Assembly (NCBI RefSeq): GCF_964275005.1
Contig: NC_092704.1
Location: forward strand, 32,922,001-32,984,000
DNA from: Diadema setosum
Lineage: Eukaryota
Length of the DNA: 62,000 nucleotides
Direction: 5' to 3'
A program made the translations under genes and the position numbers. This document shows, one piece after another, positions 22,543 through 35,745 of the stretch; the stretch's first letter is position 1; the number at the start of each line of letters is the position of its first letter. The notes under the pieces are model-generated. The model was not told the DNA's origin and ran no database searches. It was given only the letters and a program-made list of their open reading frames with translations.

Positions 22543-25090
22543 CAGATCAAGACCAAGGAATCCTTAACCGCACTCTTGGCAACCTTTGTTCGTACGACTG
22601 ACTGAATTTTGATCCGTGAATTTTGATCCGAGATGAATCACAATGGCCTCAGAATACATACGCTTGTTTATTTCAGATCCAAAATAACAAAACAAAAAAA
22701 CAAAAAACTTGAATCTTCATCTTTTTTTTTAAATAAAAACAATGGAAAGTTATGAGGTTATGAAATCATCAGCTCACACATTCGTATGTCCATATCAACT
22801 GAGCAAGAACTGTTTTGAAGAATGCAATGAAACTCCAAGTTTTCATAACTTCCCCATTTCTTCGTCGATCTTGATTGGATTGTTACTGTTGTGTTTGTAA
22901 GATTTTACTCTTTTTAAATATTAAACTAATTTAGTACTGGCTTGGAATTCCCCCTTAAACTATCCAAAGGTTAGATGTTTTTCAAGTTTTCATAACGTTC
23001 CCATTTCTTCGGCGATCTTGACTAGATTGTGACTGTTGTGTTTGTAAGATTCTACTCTTTTTAAAATTAAACTAACTTATTACTGGCTCGGAATCCCCCC
23101 TTAAGCTATTCAAGGGTTAGATGTTGCGTAAACAGGTCTAACCTAATTCTGAGCATCATATCAACAGCAGATGAGGGGGTTTTGCACTTATTGTTTTCGC
23201 ATAATGAACGCATTCTTATGTTGTCCTTGCTATATAGACCGCCTGCTAAGCATCCTCTACCAACGTCAAAATATTTTGTAAAATTTAATGGCAACTTGGG
23301 GATCTTTGTTGCCAAGCAATGCGCACGCAAGCAGAGAGGCTTTTGAAAGAGATCTTTGACATTGTAATGTGCTTAGTAATCTGTAACAAAATAACTGTGA
23401 AACATTCAACTCTCCCCGAGGGTGAAATACACTATTGTCAAAAACCATTGCAGTACGGGAATAGTGCCCTCAAAGTGAAACATATAAAATGATATGCTTT
23501 GCACTCCTTGATGACCCCCCCCCCCCCCCCCGGCAGGTGTGCATTATAAAAAGAAAATAACAAGCCTAAGAAAGGCGAAACGAAAAGTTGCATTTGTGTC
23601 AATAGAAACATCACAATAGGTGTCAGAATAGACTCTGCGACAATAGTCTTAACACTGACAGCGTGAAGGACAAATTCGGTTTAGACTGATAGGCCATGCA
23701 GGCAAGTTGCCATGAATAAATATGAAAAGTTATATGAATTTCTAGGTGAGTACCTTCAATTTTGGGACGGACAAAGAAAGGGAAACCACCACCCTTTACC
23801 CTTCGCTAACCCGTTATCTTTTATGCCAATCTTATTGCCAGATGAATAAGCTTGGTTGTCAGTGACGATCAATGTTATTACTTAACCTACAGATCAAGGC
23901 CAAGGAGTCCTTAAATGCACACTATACGACTTGCGGTCGCACAACTGACTGACTTTGGATCCGAAATTAAATCGCACTAGCATCAGAATAAATACGCTTG
24001 TTTGTTTCAGATCCAAAGTCGGTCAGTCGTGCAACTGAAAATCGTATGGTGTGCGGTGGCCTTTAGTAATCAATATTTAATAATCATTGACTTTAACCTT
24101 CATTTTTATATTATTTCAAGTGTCGGTAATACGCGCTATACTCGTAGATACATAGCATTAACTTTTGCAGTTCGTATCATCTGTAAGAGTATACTGACCT
24201 GCAGAATGCAATGAAACTTCACATTTTCATAAATTCCCCATTTCTTTGGCGATCTTGATCAAGTTTTCACTGTTCTCTCGTTAAGATTTTACTCTTTTTT
24301 TGTATGTCCACTAACTTATTACTGGTTTGGAATTCCCCTTTAAGCTATTCAAGGGTTCGATGTTGCGTAAGTACACCTTACCTAATTCTGGGCATCATAT
24401 CAACAGTAAATGAAACGTTTTGCACTGATTATTTTCACATAATGGACGTATTCCTATGTTTTCTTTGCTATATAGACCACCTGCTATTTTGTAAAATTTA
24501 ATGGCAACTTGGGGATCTATGTTGCCAAGCAATTCGCACGCAAGAAAAGAGGCCTTGGAAACAGATCTTTAACATTATTGTAATGTGCTAAGTGATCTGT
24601 AACAAAATAACTGTGGAACATGCAACTCTCCCTGAGGGTGAGATACCCTTTTGTCAAAAACCAAGCAGTACGGGAATAGTACCCATAATTATGAAATGAT
24701 ATGTTTTACTTTGCTTGATGACCTCACCCGCAGGCAGGTTTGCACGTCATTGAAAAAGAAATAACAAGCCTAAGAAAGGCGAAACAAAAAAGCTGCATTT
24801 GTGTCAATAAAAGCGTCACAATACGTGTCAGAATAGCTTCTGAGACGATAGTTTTAACACTGAACATGCTGAAAACGTGAAGGGCAAATTCGGTTTAGAC
24901 TGATAGGCCATGCAAGAAAGTTTACATAGATAAATCTAGAAAGTTATATAAATTTCTAGGTGAATACCTTCAATTTTGGAACGGACAATGAAAGGGAAAC
25001 CCCTACCCTTACCCTCCGCTATCCCATCAGCTTTTATGCCAATTTTATTGACAGATAAATAAGCTTGGTTGTTAGGGACAATCTTTGTTA
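22543..25090 (+). repeat. Tandem segmental duplication: unit 1 ~22543-23880, unit 2 ~23890-25090
   Basis: Colinear similarity from CAGATCAAG.CCAAGGA.TCCTTAA through AATAAGCTTGGTTGT.AG.GAC; unit 1 has an extra ~145-bp internal duplication. Confidence 0.85.
23915..24063. mobile_element. Small palindromic MITE (PIF/Harbinger-like); related pieces at 21305-21900 and 22565-22685
   Basis: Arms GCACACTATACGAC..CGCACAACTGACTGACTTTGGATC and GATCCAAAGTCGGTCAGTCGTGC..CGTATGGTGTGCGGTGGCCT. Confidence 0.6.
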
Positions 25091-26408
25091 TCCAGGTTTT
25101 ATATGCAATGAGTTTTTTTTTTCTTTGCTGCTATTCTGATTTATACTGGTTCATCATTTTTTTTTCAAAGCTGTTCATGTGATACCATTCTCTCCTTTTA
25201 CATAAAGAAAAAAAAAGCGTGTCTAGGTTTCAGTGACAGCTGGTTGTAGATCGAGACAAATTAAAGAAACTCGCCCCTAAAACTTTATCCCACTGAATAT
25301 CTTGCTTACAGCTGATTAGTATCTGGTGTAATGAATATGTGCACTCTGAATGACAGACATAATGAAAGAAAAAATAAAGAGGAGCATTGAAGCCTAGCAC
25401 TTCCTTCCAATGCATGGTTTACTTGAAAAGACGCATAAGGTTAAATCAAACATGAACAAAATATGGGAAATTTACATGAAAAATTAACGAGGGCTGCATT
25501 TACTCGAGCTGCTATCACGTTTATCACAGGTCGAGAGGTTGACCTTGTCACTGCGCAGCCCCATTGCGCAGTTCGACCCGAGGAACCGAGGTGTGCAGTT
25601 GGAATTAGTTGACATGGGCAGGACCGAGTTATACACGACTTTGTTTTTATCAACTCTTCAGTAACGCGTTTTTTTTTTTGTTTTTTTTTGTTTTTTTTTT
25701 TACTCAAATGCGTTTGCGATCGCACTTTTTTTTTTCGGCATTTGGTCAAAACATGGCCTTTCAAACCCGCCCGCAAAACAGTACTTTTTATAAGCATTTT
25801 TTTTTTCAGCATAGATTTGCATTATTTTACTGCCCAAATCTTTTTGACTACTGTTTGAAAACCTTAAATCTACTCCAGGAGCTAGTTGACGAGCGTTCTC
25901 ATAAACTTCAAAACAACAAAAAACAAAAACAAAAACAAAAACAAAAACAAAAACAACCATGTGTATGCACAAGTTCTCATGTTTGCAATGAAGAGTGATA
26001 CATTAAGGAACAACGATATTTCGGTGAACGAGGTCAAATCAAAGTTCTTCGGAAGAATTTTCTGTCCATAAAAAAAAAAAATGTCGAGTCAGTTAATTAT
26101 TCAGCTACAGCAAACTCTTTCCCTAATTAAAAAGAAAAAAGGTCAACCGAAATCATTCAAGCATTATCACTAAAATTGATGTTTTAAGGGTAGGGTCTAT
26201 AAAATTCCCTTTAACTACAAAAAAGGTAGTGCTACTTCAAATCTCACTCCAATGCTACTTGAAAAAAAATCGAAATCGAACACGAAGTTAGTTTCTGTTA
26301 GCAAGTTGACCTCAAAAGTACAATAATGATTTGACAAATGTCTGATATTGTGCCATATCCACTCAATAGAGTTCTCAAGGCGCATAAACGAATTCAAAGC
26401 AAGATTAA

Positions 26409-26493
26409 CCCGTTCAAGACTGGGAACGAGTATACTCGGACAGGCATCTGTGGGCAATGTGTGTTGTCGGAATATCATCCCGTCCTCAACGGG
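26409..26493. mobile_element. 85-bp piggyBac-like MITE
   Basis: TTAA|CCCGTTCAAGAC...GTCCTCAACGGG|TTAA. Confidence 0.8.
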
Positions 26494-26740
26494 TTAAGAC
26501 AAAAACAGATTTTTACATGTTTCTTGAATGGTTCACGGGAAACGGTTTGATGTCGCCAGGGCAGGCATAGGTAAAATGATCTCCCCATCCCATGATTTGA
26601 TGGACGCTTTATAGAGACAAAAAGAGAACCAGAAGCAAATGATCGCAACAATCTTTTGGGGCGTAACTTGGAGTTACAGAGGAAATGTAACCTCGGGCAA
26701 AACGACGAACACAACGGAAAGCGAGCACTATAATTTTGAT

Positions 26741-27096
26741 GGGGATGGCTAGTATCTGATCAGTGGGAATGAGTGGGAATGCTGGGGGATGAGTGTTCCA
26801 ATCCTTGTGGGATTCATTAAAGAGTACATTATATTTATCTATTGTGTGAAGATTATTCGTTTCAGAATGGTCCCATATTCAAGTAATGTGCAGTTTAATG
26901 TCAACAATCGCCCCGTCACTGTACAGGCATCCCAACCTGGAAACATTGAACTGCACATTACTTGAATATGATACCATTCTGAAGCAAATTATTTTCACAC
27001 AGCAAAAAATATATAATGTACTTTTAAATGAATTACTGGAACAATCACCCCCAGCATTCCCACGGATTCCCACTGATTAGTTTCTAGCCACCCTCT
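26741..27096. mobile_element. Second copy of the palindromic Kolobok-like MITE, inverted relative to 22045
   Basis: Same long TIRs; the central GCCCCGTCACTGTACAGGCAT is the reverse complement of the first copy's centre; TTAA at right. Confidence 0.8.
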
Positions 27097-27129
27097 TTAA
27101 AAGCAATACGATCACTAACGTATAACAAA

Positions 27130-27294
27130 AGTGGAGGATCCAGAAGGGGCACACCGGACGCGCGCCCCTCTTTTTATTCGGTTCAAACAAAAGATAAAAA
27201 AAATGAAAATAAAAATGGGGGGGGGGGGGGTCGTGCGTCCCCTTTAATCTTGCAAAGGCGCCTCCCCTTTACGAAATTCCTAGATCCGCCCCTG
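27130..27294. mobile_element. Short hAT-like MITE
   Basis: AGTGGAGGATCCAG...CTAGATCCGCCCCTG inverted ends with G/C-run interior. Confidence 0.55.
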
Positions 27295-27493
27295 TAACAG
27301 GGAGCCAATAAGGCGACTTGAAGGCAAGTGTTATGTGAGTGTGATTGGTGGATATTAAAAGGTATGACGTATTTCCGACAGTTTCTTGAACGCTGTGTGC
27401 TGAATCGACATCTGTTCGTTTTGTTGACGACCTCAATCTGTGATTTTTTTCTTTCTCCTCTTGGGATGACGCCGTGACCATGGAATGATCATA

Positions 27494-27917
27494 GGGTGCG
27501 TTCGAGCGCCCTCCTAAAGCGAACCGTGACCGTACGGTACCCTCGCCAGAGGAGCGCTCGAACGCACCAAAAAGTATACCATACTGTACCGAGCCAAAAG
27601 TGGACCACTTCCCGATGTGCTCCAAAAGCGTACCAAAAGCGTACCAAAAGTTCTCTGAAAGCATGACGATTGCGCGTATCATGCGCATACGTCACAATGC
27701 AATGCAATCATTCTCTTTGTTCGGGACAGCTGTAAGTACTTCGAGCGCCAGGTGAATGACATTCTTGCTGCAAAAATGCGTGACCTTTTCGTAAAATAAC
27801 TCGTGAGGTACGCTTTCTCAACAGAGCACTCTAACGCTCCAAAACTGGCATGGTACACGACACGGTACGCTTTAGTTCAGTTCGCTTTGGCTCGCTTTAG
27901 AGCGCTCGAACGCACCC
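27494..27917. mobile_element. PIF/Harbinger-like MITE
   Basis: TIR GGGTGCGTTCGAGCGC..CTAAAGCGA and TCGCTTTAGAGCGCTCGAACGCACCC; an internal TIR copy near 27553. Confidence 0.75.
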
Positions 27918-29808
27918 AAATTGGGAATTTCAAGTTCGAAGTCAGTGTTAGGAAACCTGCAATTCTTTTTTCCCAAGTTCACGATATATTCTTTACTATC
28001 TAGTGCAATGTTAACTCAGTAATTTCATGAAGAAGAAAATGTATATAAAAGGTATCTGGCCTAAAATGGTCCATGGTTCCTTGAAAGGTAAAGCAATCTT
28101 TTTATCTTTTCGACATCATTCTAACTGATGTTAACAGCCCACTGCATGTTTATTGCTGTCTATTATACTTATTGTTTATTTGTTAAGCCTATTGAGAGTT
28201 ACAAAGAGAATGATTCATCGCAGAAATAATTCTGACATACCTTTGCTACCCTTTGACGTCTTTCAAATTACATAATTATATTCTACGAATGTCAAAACGA
28301 AAAGGGGAAAGCTGAAAACTTTAGAAAATAAGATAACCCGAAATGAAGGTTTTGGGTATTCCAGTTGCAAATAGGTTAACTTGCAGTATTCTTCTTATAG
28401 TCCAAAATGTGATGATTAGAAGTGAAAAGTATAAAGCAGGTTTTACACGTTCATCACAGTAATAATCCCAGTCGTTATGAGCGCCAAGGTCAAGTTGTTT
28501 TTCATCCAATTTATAATGATGAGAAAAAGAAAAAGAAAGGGGTTCCCCCCACCATGCCCCCATTGCCCAATCCCCTACAATGCGCACAATGCACAGTGAC
28601 GCCAATCCTCAAACTTACGGCACGTGTAAAGCAACGAGACAACGCAATGGAAGCAATTCATCTTTTTATGACCTTTCATGGGTACTGGAAGGCGCCAGTG
28701 GCGCTCGAGTGAATGTGTTTGATCCCCATTGTCTGCAACTATGGAAAACGAAGATCATCAAGAGGGTAAAAAGGGGGAGCGGTGGAGACGGACGTGGCAC
28801 ACGTGAGGGTTTTGTTCGCTTTTTACTTGTAAATATTTGTTAGACCTCTTTCAACAGTTCTTGATAAACATCAAACGTCACCATGGCAACCACATTATAG
28901 AGGCAACATCACCCAGGCAGTGAGGTTTACCGCCACTGGAGGCAATTATTGGAGAGGAAGCAAAATGCTAGGTCTACCAGAAACCCCGACTGGAAAGATG
29001 TCATGTAAATGGTTGTTGTCTGGCCGTTTCTTTGGTAACCAAAGCATTCGTACATTGTACATTGTACATTGGAACCTCTGGGGCTACGAGAAAGTTCCAC
29101 GACCTTTCGAGCTGCGATAGCACAGTCATGTCTGCAGCCTTCCTCGAAGTTTCTATGCGAACATGCTATAGCTTTCTGTTTAGGGTGACTATCAAGTTAG
29201 AGCATAAAAAAAAAAAAAAACGATTCCCAGCCCCCTACCTCTCCTAGACATAAAAAAAAAAGTAGTCATAGATTGCGACATTGATCTCTACAAGGATTGG
29301 AGAACATCTATGGAAACAATAGATTTTCATGAGGTTCGATGAAAAAGCGAATTCTTAAATCAAAGACCAGAAAAGGAGCATACATAGACATAGACTTCGC
29401 AAAAATAGTCTTAGTCTAAGGCAAGTGGAATTCTCCAGCTTGCAATGTAAGATGATATGAACGGATGTGTTTGTGAATATGCAGAAAGTACAGAAATCAT
29501 TTATGTACAAAGTTCATTGATCGTACCACAATACAAGCATCAAGCATAAGTAAATAAGTGAACCAGTTTAAGCATAATGTACATAATTTATATGCAGGCT
29601 GCATTATGGGCAAGATTGAGCTTTGCTTGTGCCATTGGATTTTTTAATTGTTTTTAAGATGTTTCTTAGAATTCAATTAACTGATGTACATAGTGTCATC
29701 TGAAGTCTGCTCTTTGTCTTGTGTAGTATGTCTGTGTTGGCTATGATATGAGGCTTTATGTTTTTGTGTTGTACGTACGTTTCACTCCATTTTTTTCTCC
29801 CCCCCCCC

Positions 29809-29840
<32 letters not shown>

Positions 29841-30210
29841 GGACCTATTCTCTACATAAGCTTATTATTTTTGCTCTTCAGAAGGTTTCCCCCACAGAAA
29901 ATAATAAAATCTAATCAATACCATAAACATTCGACTTTTCTGTTTTGTGAACTCTTTCGTCGTAGACACTGTGCTTAATATCATTATATATACAGACTGT
30001 TCTTATTGTTGCATTGCTTTGTGTTGTTGTTGCTGTTGTTGATGTTGTTACTTGATTCCTGTCACTCACTCGATAATTGTATGCAGTCTATTATGTTTTT
30101 CTGCTTTTTTTTGGTCATGTTTACAGATTTGCAGAAGAACAGCTTTGGTGAAGCCGACTCTTTATCAAACACTATAACTTCAGATCATATACATTTTAGA
30201 TGCGTACATG

Positions 30211-31846
30211 CATAGGCGCCGGAAGTGGGGGGGCAGGGGGGGCGGCCGCCCCCCCAATCCAAAAAGTGGGGGGGCAAAACGCATTTTTGCCCCCCCAAAA
30301 AGCCCCCTCAAAAAAAATAATGATAATAACAATGATAATAAAAATAAATGAATAAACAAAGAAAATAAAATAAATATGTATAATATGAATTAAAGAAAAA
30401 ATATGGCTTCAAACGGCAGCTTTTGGACTGTAAAATGTCAAAATTTTCAAGCTCGCTCGCTTCGCTCGCTCGCATTCAGCAGTTGAGCCCGGTGCGCCTC
30501 CCCCTTAATTTCTAAAGCGAAAAACATAGGTACGACGGCAGTTGTTGGACTCTAGAATGTCAAAATTTTCACGCTCGCTCGCATTGAATTGTTATGCCAT
30601 TCTCCTAATGTTGCTGACAGTAATTGCCAGTAGTTGCGCCCGATGCCCCCACCCCTTAATTTCCAAAGCAAAAGATAAATATAGCTACAAATGGGAGTTT
30701 TGGGACTGTAAATTGTCAAAATTGTCAAGCTCGCTCGCTTCGCTCGCTCGCATTGAATTGTTATGCCACTCTCCTAATGTTGCTGCCAGTAATTGCCAGC
30801 AGTTGCGTCCGATGCCCCCCCCCCCTTAATTTCCAAAGCGAAAGATATAGCTACAAACGGGAGTTTTTGGACTGTAAAATGTTAAAATTCTCAAGCTCGC
30901 TCGCTTTGCTCGCTCGCATTGAATCGTTATGCCAGTCTCCTAATGTTGCTGCCAGTAATTGCCAGCAGTTGCGCCCGATGCGCCGCCCCCTTAATTTCCA
31001 AAGCGAAAAATAAAGCTACAAACGGCAGATTGGGGACTGTAGAATGTCAAAATCCCAAGCTCGCTCTCTTCACTCGCTCGCATTTAATCATTATTCCATT
31101 CTCCTGATGTTGCTGCCAGTAATTGCCAGCAGTTTTCGCCCGGTGCGTCCCCCTTAATTTCCAAAGCGAAAAATATAGCTACAAACGGCAGTTTTGGGAC
31201 TGTAAAAAGTTCAAGCTCGCTCGCTTTGCTCGCTCGCATTGAATCGTTATGCCATTCTCCTGATGTTGCTGCTTCAGTAACTGCCAGCAGTTGCGCCCGA
31301 TGCGCCGCCCCATTAATTTCCAAAGTGAAAGATAAAGCTACAAACCCCAGTTTTGGGACTGTAGAATGTCAAAATTTTCAAGCTTGCTCGCTTCGCTCGC
31401 TCGCATTGAATCGTTATACCATTCTCCTAATGTTGCTGCCAATATAATTGCCAGCAGTTGCGCCCGATGCGCCCCCATTTATTTCAAAGCGAAATATGTA
31501 GCTACAATTAAAACTCCAGTTTTGGAACTGTAGAATATCAAAATTTTCAAGCTCGCTCGCTTCGCTCGCTCGCATTTTATTGTTATGCCATTCACCTTAT
31601 GATGCTGACAGTATATAATTTGTCGATCGTTTCACACCGTCATTCCATAATCCATGTAAGGAAAACTTACAATGTTCCTCAATGACTGCGTTGTTGAATG
31701 TATCACATTCCATAATGTATTGTAGTCCCATAGATTGCTCACGCACACACGCACAAGCATACAGACCGTCAAAATTACTTTATGGTTACCCCCATGTTTC
31801 GACCCACCGTACGCCACTTTACATATATATATATATATAATAGATG

Positions 31847-31895
<49 letters not shown>

Positions 31896-31977
31896 ATTGT
31901 GTAACATATGCATGGTCTAATCTTGAGCCCCCTCCAATGTTTGCCCCCCCAATCCAAAACTGCTTCCGGCGCGCCTG
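30211..31977. mobile_element. hAT-like TIR element carrying a ~165-bp tandem array and a (GT)n tract
   Basis: CATAGGCGCCGGAAG...CTTCCGGCGCGCCTG ends; GCTACAA anchors at 30684, 30850, 31015, 31178, 31337, 31501; TSD not recognised. Confidence 0.7.
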
Positions 31978-32669
31978 ACTGTTCATTCATGCTGACCCCC
32001 TTTGCTTATGTCTCCCCTGACTGCATTTATGTTTACTTTTTTCCCGTCCTAACATTGTTTAGTTTGTGTTATATTTTACAGGAAAATTGGAAATAAATGG
32101 GAATTTCTTTTTTCGATCTGCAAATACATTTATGACCTATGAAAATGCGTAGGAACCTGAGCCTTGTCCCCTATAAACCTTGTTTTTTTTTTTCATTACA
32201 TTCATAAGCATTATTGATATGACTATCATTGCAATGAAAAGCACTGAAAAGAAGAAGCATTTAGTAGTCGGCAAATATTGACAGCACATACGACTCCTCG
32301 CCAGCAGCAATAATCAAGAATTTCTACTGTTAACCCCCCCCCCCCTCCCCCATTATGAGGTAGCCATCACAATACAGAACACAATTGTATTCTTTTGTAA
32401 AGGACACTACCGTGGTACAAAACGACATTAGATCGCCATAAAGATTTGCACCTTACAGGTTTATGTACAAATATTCATCGGCGAGTTGGGGTGGGTGCAA
32501 ATGTGCAATCTCTGAAATGTGAGAGACCGTAAACTTTTCTTCTTTTCTCTTTTTTTTTTGTTGGTAAAACAGTCGGATTCTACATGTTTTATGAATCTGT
32601 TTCACTCCCAACGACTGTGCAGATTGATAATCACACATAGAGTCATTATAAGGAACGACATCAACACGA

Positions 32670-33125
32670 GTTGTATATCGGGTATGCTACAAAACACAGG
32701 ATGTAAACCGCCGGAGCAACAACAATGAAGGGATTATCAGATTAAGCTGAAATTGAGCATGTTCTAATGACATGTTCTACCCATGATCAATGCCAACTTT
32801 CAAAGCAAAGCGTTATCCTTTCAAAAGTTATTAGACTTGAAAGTGAAGAGTGTGCAAAGAATTTCAAGAAATGAAAAGGGCTTCTACGACATACCTGATC
32901 ATTCTACTCCCCCCCCCCCACAAAAAAAAGGTTGAATAGAAAACATGCTGAAGCACACTTTCCCGTTTATGTTAAAGATCCCAAACTAAAGAATAATATA
33001 GAACAAGGACAGCTCTTCCAGAAATTGTGAAAAACTCAAGATTGACTCTTTTGACCCACTTCACCTTTATTTTATTTATTTATTTATTTATTGTTAGTTT
33101 TCTTGGTTTTGTAATGCTCGGTCAC
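32670..33125 (+). mobile_element. Partial, diverged MITE family S copy
   Basis: CAACAATGAAGGGATTATCAGATTAAGCTGAAATTGAGCATG...TGCTCGGTCAC matches the right two-thirds of the family. Confidence 0.7.
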
Positions 33126-33884
33126 ATTATGCTTTCCATTTCCCTGTAGCTTTTGTTGGAGTCTTTCCATTTGTAACAGCAAGACTGGTTTCTTATTAAT
33201 TCTACAAGAGCTAAGCTGGAACAAAAGTTTGGTAATCCATGTTTCTACGGTGTATATTCAGGGGACAGTTGGTCACAGCAAAAGTACATTGCACATCGCA
33301 TGATACACGGAGATATTGACTGTCATTTCAACATTGATCGGATCAGAGCAATGAAAGAAAATGTATAAGAATATGTACTAATCTTTAACATTTCATTTCG
33401 TTTTATTTGTTTTACTATGTTTCTATGTCCTTTTTGCATAGATAAACTGGATCAAAGCCAACTTAACATCAACATGTCAAAATCAGAGATAGTTTAACTA
33501 CAAACTCACAACATACTAGTACATAATAATTGATACATGAAATAATAACGTATTATGCATGTAAGCATTTACACATTTAAAGGTACGTCATCAATAAAAG
33601 GTGCGACTGACTGGGATGACAGCACTGGCGTAACAAAATGTATAAAAAAATTAACAACTCTAATTCGAACTGAAGGAGCAACGACAGAAATCATCTGCAA
33701 AGAAGACACTATGAATTCATCATTGGCAGATTTAGAAATCAAAGGTGCAATGTGTTGAACTCAGATAGCTGAGTACATGTACAATATACATATCTATATT
33801 GTTACAAAATGCGCATATGTATAAAAGAAATAAACAAAAGAATGAAGTAGCTGATTGTCAAAAAAAAAAGAATACAAGCGTAAT

Positions 33885-34114
33885 GTGGTTCACAATTTAC
33901 AAGCATGGTTTTCAATGGACCTCTCAATTCTATCTTTTTATTTTCTCCGGACATAACATTGTATTTTGCCGGTATGCATGTATTATTTTTGTATTTGTTA
34001 ACCATTATCTGCCTTTTAAAGTCGAATACATGCCTATGTTATATCTTCTGAATCATTTCGTGTTATATTTGCCGAAAAGAAAGAAAGAATGAAATGAAAT
34101 GAAATGAAATGAAA
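33885..34114 (+). mobile_element. Short 3'-end copy of the CR1-group LINE at 4701-9665
   Basis: Colinear with 9436-9665 (GTGGTTCACAATTTAC...GCCGGTATGCATGTAT...); ends in (GAAAT)n. Confidence 0.8.
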
Positions 34115-35581
34115 GAATTCAGTGGCATTTCATCTAAAAATTTAAGGAAACTGTAACTATTGTAAATTTACGAGATTACTATTCTTCGTCCATTCCTTTT
34201 TCCTCCTTAAGTTTTTCTTTAGTAAGCCAGCGAGAGATGAAGGGTTGAAAAAGATCACAGAAAAAAAAAAATGTCCAGTACAAAAAACCCCCACCTTTTT
34301 CGGTTTTTTTTTTTTGATCTTCTTAAATTGATATCAAACAAATTAAAACGTTTAATACTTTATTTCTATATTCAACTTATCCCCGGGAATGTACATAGAT
34401 AAATTGAATTGTAAGGCTAAAGTGCACTACTACATTGAGGCAGAAGACAAGGCATCTACGAAGTATAAATGATGACAAAGAGATTAAGGTTGTTTAGTAC
34501 ATGTAATGATAATGTTTTAATCAACATACGAACTGGAAACAATAACTCCCTACACCTTCCCTCCTCAAAACAACAACATAAAACACAAACAAACAAACAC
34601 ACAAACAAACAACAACGCCACCAACGCTCAGTAATTTATTGTGGGTGAGATTTTACGCCAATAGGGAACAACTGATCGATATCAGCATTTCAAAAAAGTA
34701 AACCAAAACATGGATACTTTTTGGCGTCACGTGTATACTTAAAAGAAGAAATAAAAGCCTTATGCATTAGAATAAGCATATTTATGAAATTAATCATTCA
34801 TGAAAACAATGATTTTATCAAAAGACCAGGGTAACTGCAATCAAAATCCCATTTCCAAACATTAATCTCCTCCCAAAAGCAAAAGTTCTTAACAAAGCAA
34901 CAGATATTGATGAAAGGACGATTTCCCCTGAAAATAATATAGTTGTCTGGCAGTGAACCTTTTTATCGACTCAATCTTTGATTATGTTTCAATTGTGACA
35001 GGTAAACATCGGACAAAAAAAGTAGATCACGTTACACTTTATTTACCTTATTATTTTTTGTTTTATGATATTCTTTATTTTAGTTTCATTCAATATTAGG
35101 TTCATGTCGACAAGGAAATTAATATGAACAAGAAAAAAAAAAAGCTATATTCTTCTTTCTTGTGCTGCTAAATCATTTTTTTTCCAACATACAGTACAAT
35201 ATATTTTGTTTTTGTTTTGAATGTTGACAGAGATATTTAGTACGGGGGGTTTTGTAGGAGCGAAATGAATTTTTAAGTGTCACACATAATGGGGAATAAT
35301 ATGTGATTAAACACAAAATTGCAACGCTGAATTCGGAATTTACTTTGTACATGAACTCTCCAGCCCCAAGACGAATCACACAATAATCTGATCAGGCCAT
35401 ATTTATAATGACATTTCAATCATGATGTTCCTTGTAATGATCATTAACCATTGCTCAAAGAATATGAGTTAGTAAACTGTTTATGAATCATGAAGGATAC
35501 GGCATAGAATACACTTGGACGGATCTAACTGTCACTGAATGTTATCAAGGTGATTTTTTTTTTTTTTTTTTGAAGAGGCAT

Positions 35582-35745
35582 TTAATGACACATCATGATA
35601 GATGTTGAGCCAACATCTTGAGTAGTTGTGCTGCCACCACATTTGCGGCAGACTGTGCGTCCCTTGTGAGGCTGGTAGAATCCTAGTGGACACGGAAAAC
35701 ATGGCTGGAAACCAGTGCTAGATGTATGACCAGCTGGACATGGCT
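35582..35745 (-). CDS. Gene B last coding exon: ephrin-receptor-like repeat 3 plus stop
   Basis: EPCPAGHTSSTGFQPCFPCPLGFYQPHKGRTVCRKCGGSTTTQDVGSTSIMMCH-TAA. Confidence 0.9.

Noticed and set aside
28877..28890. RFX X-box-like GTCACCATGGCAAC
   Set aside because: It is an isolated motif far from any supported TSS, and similar CATGGCAAC words occur inside repeats in this window
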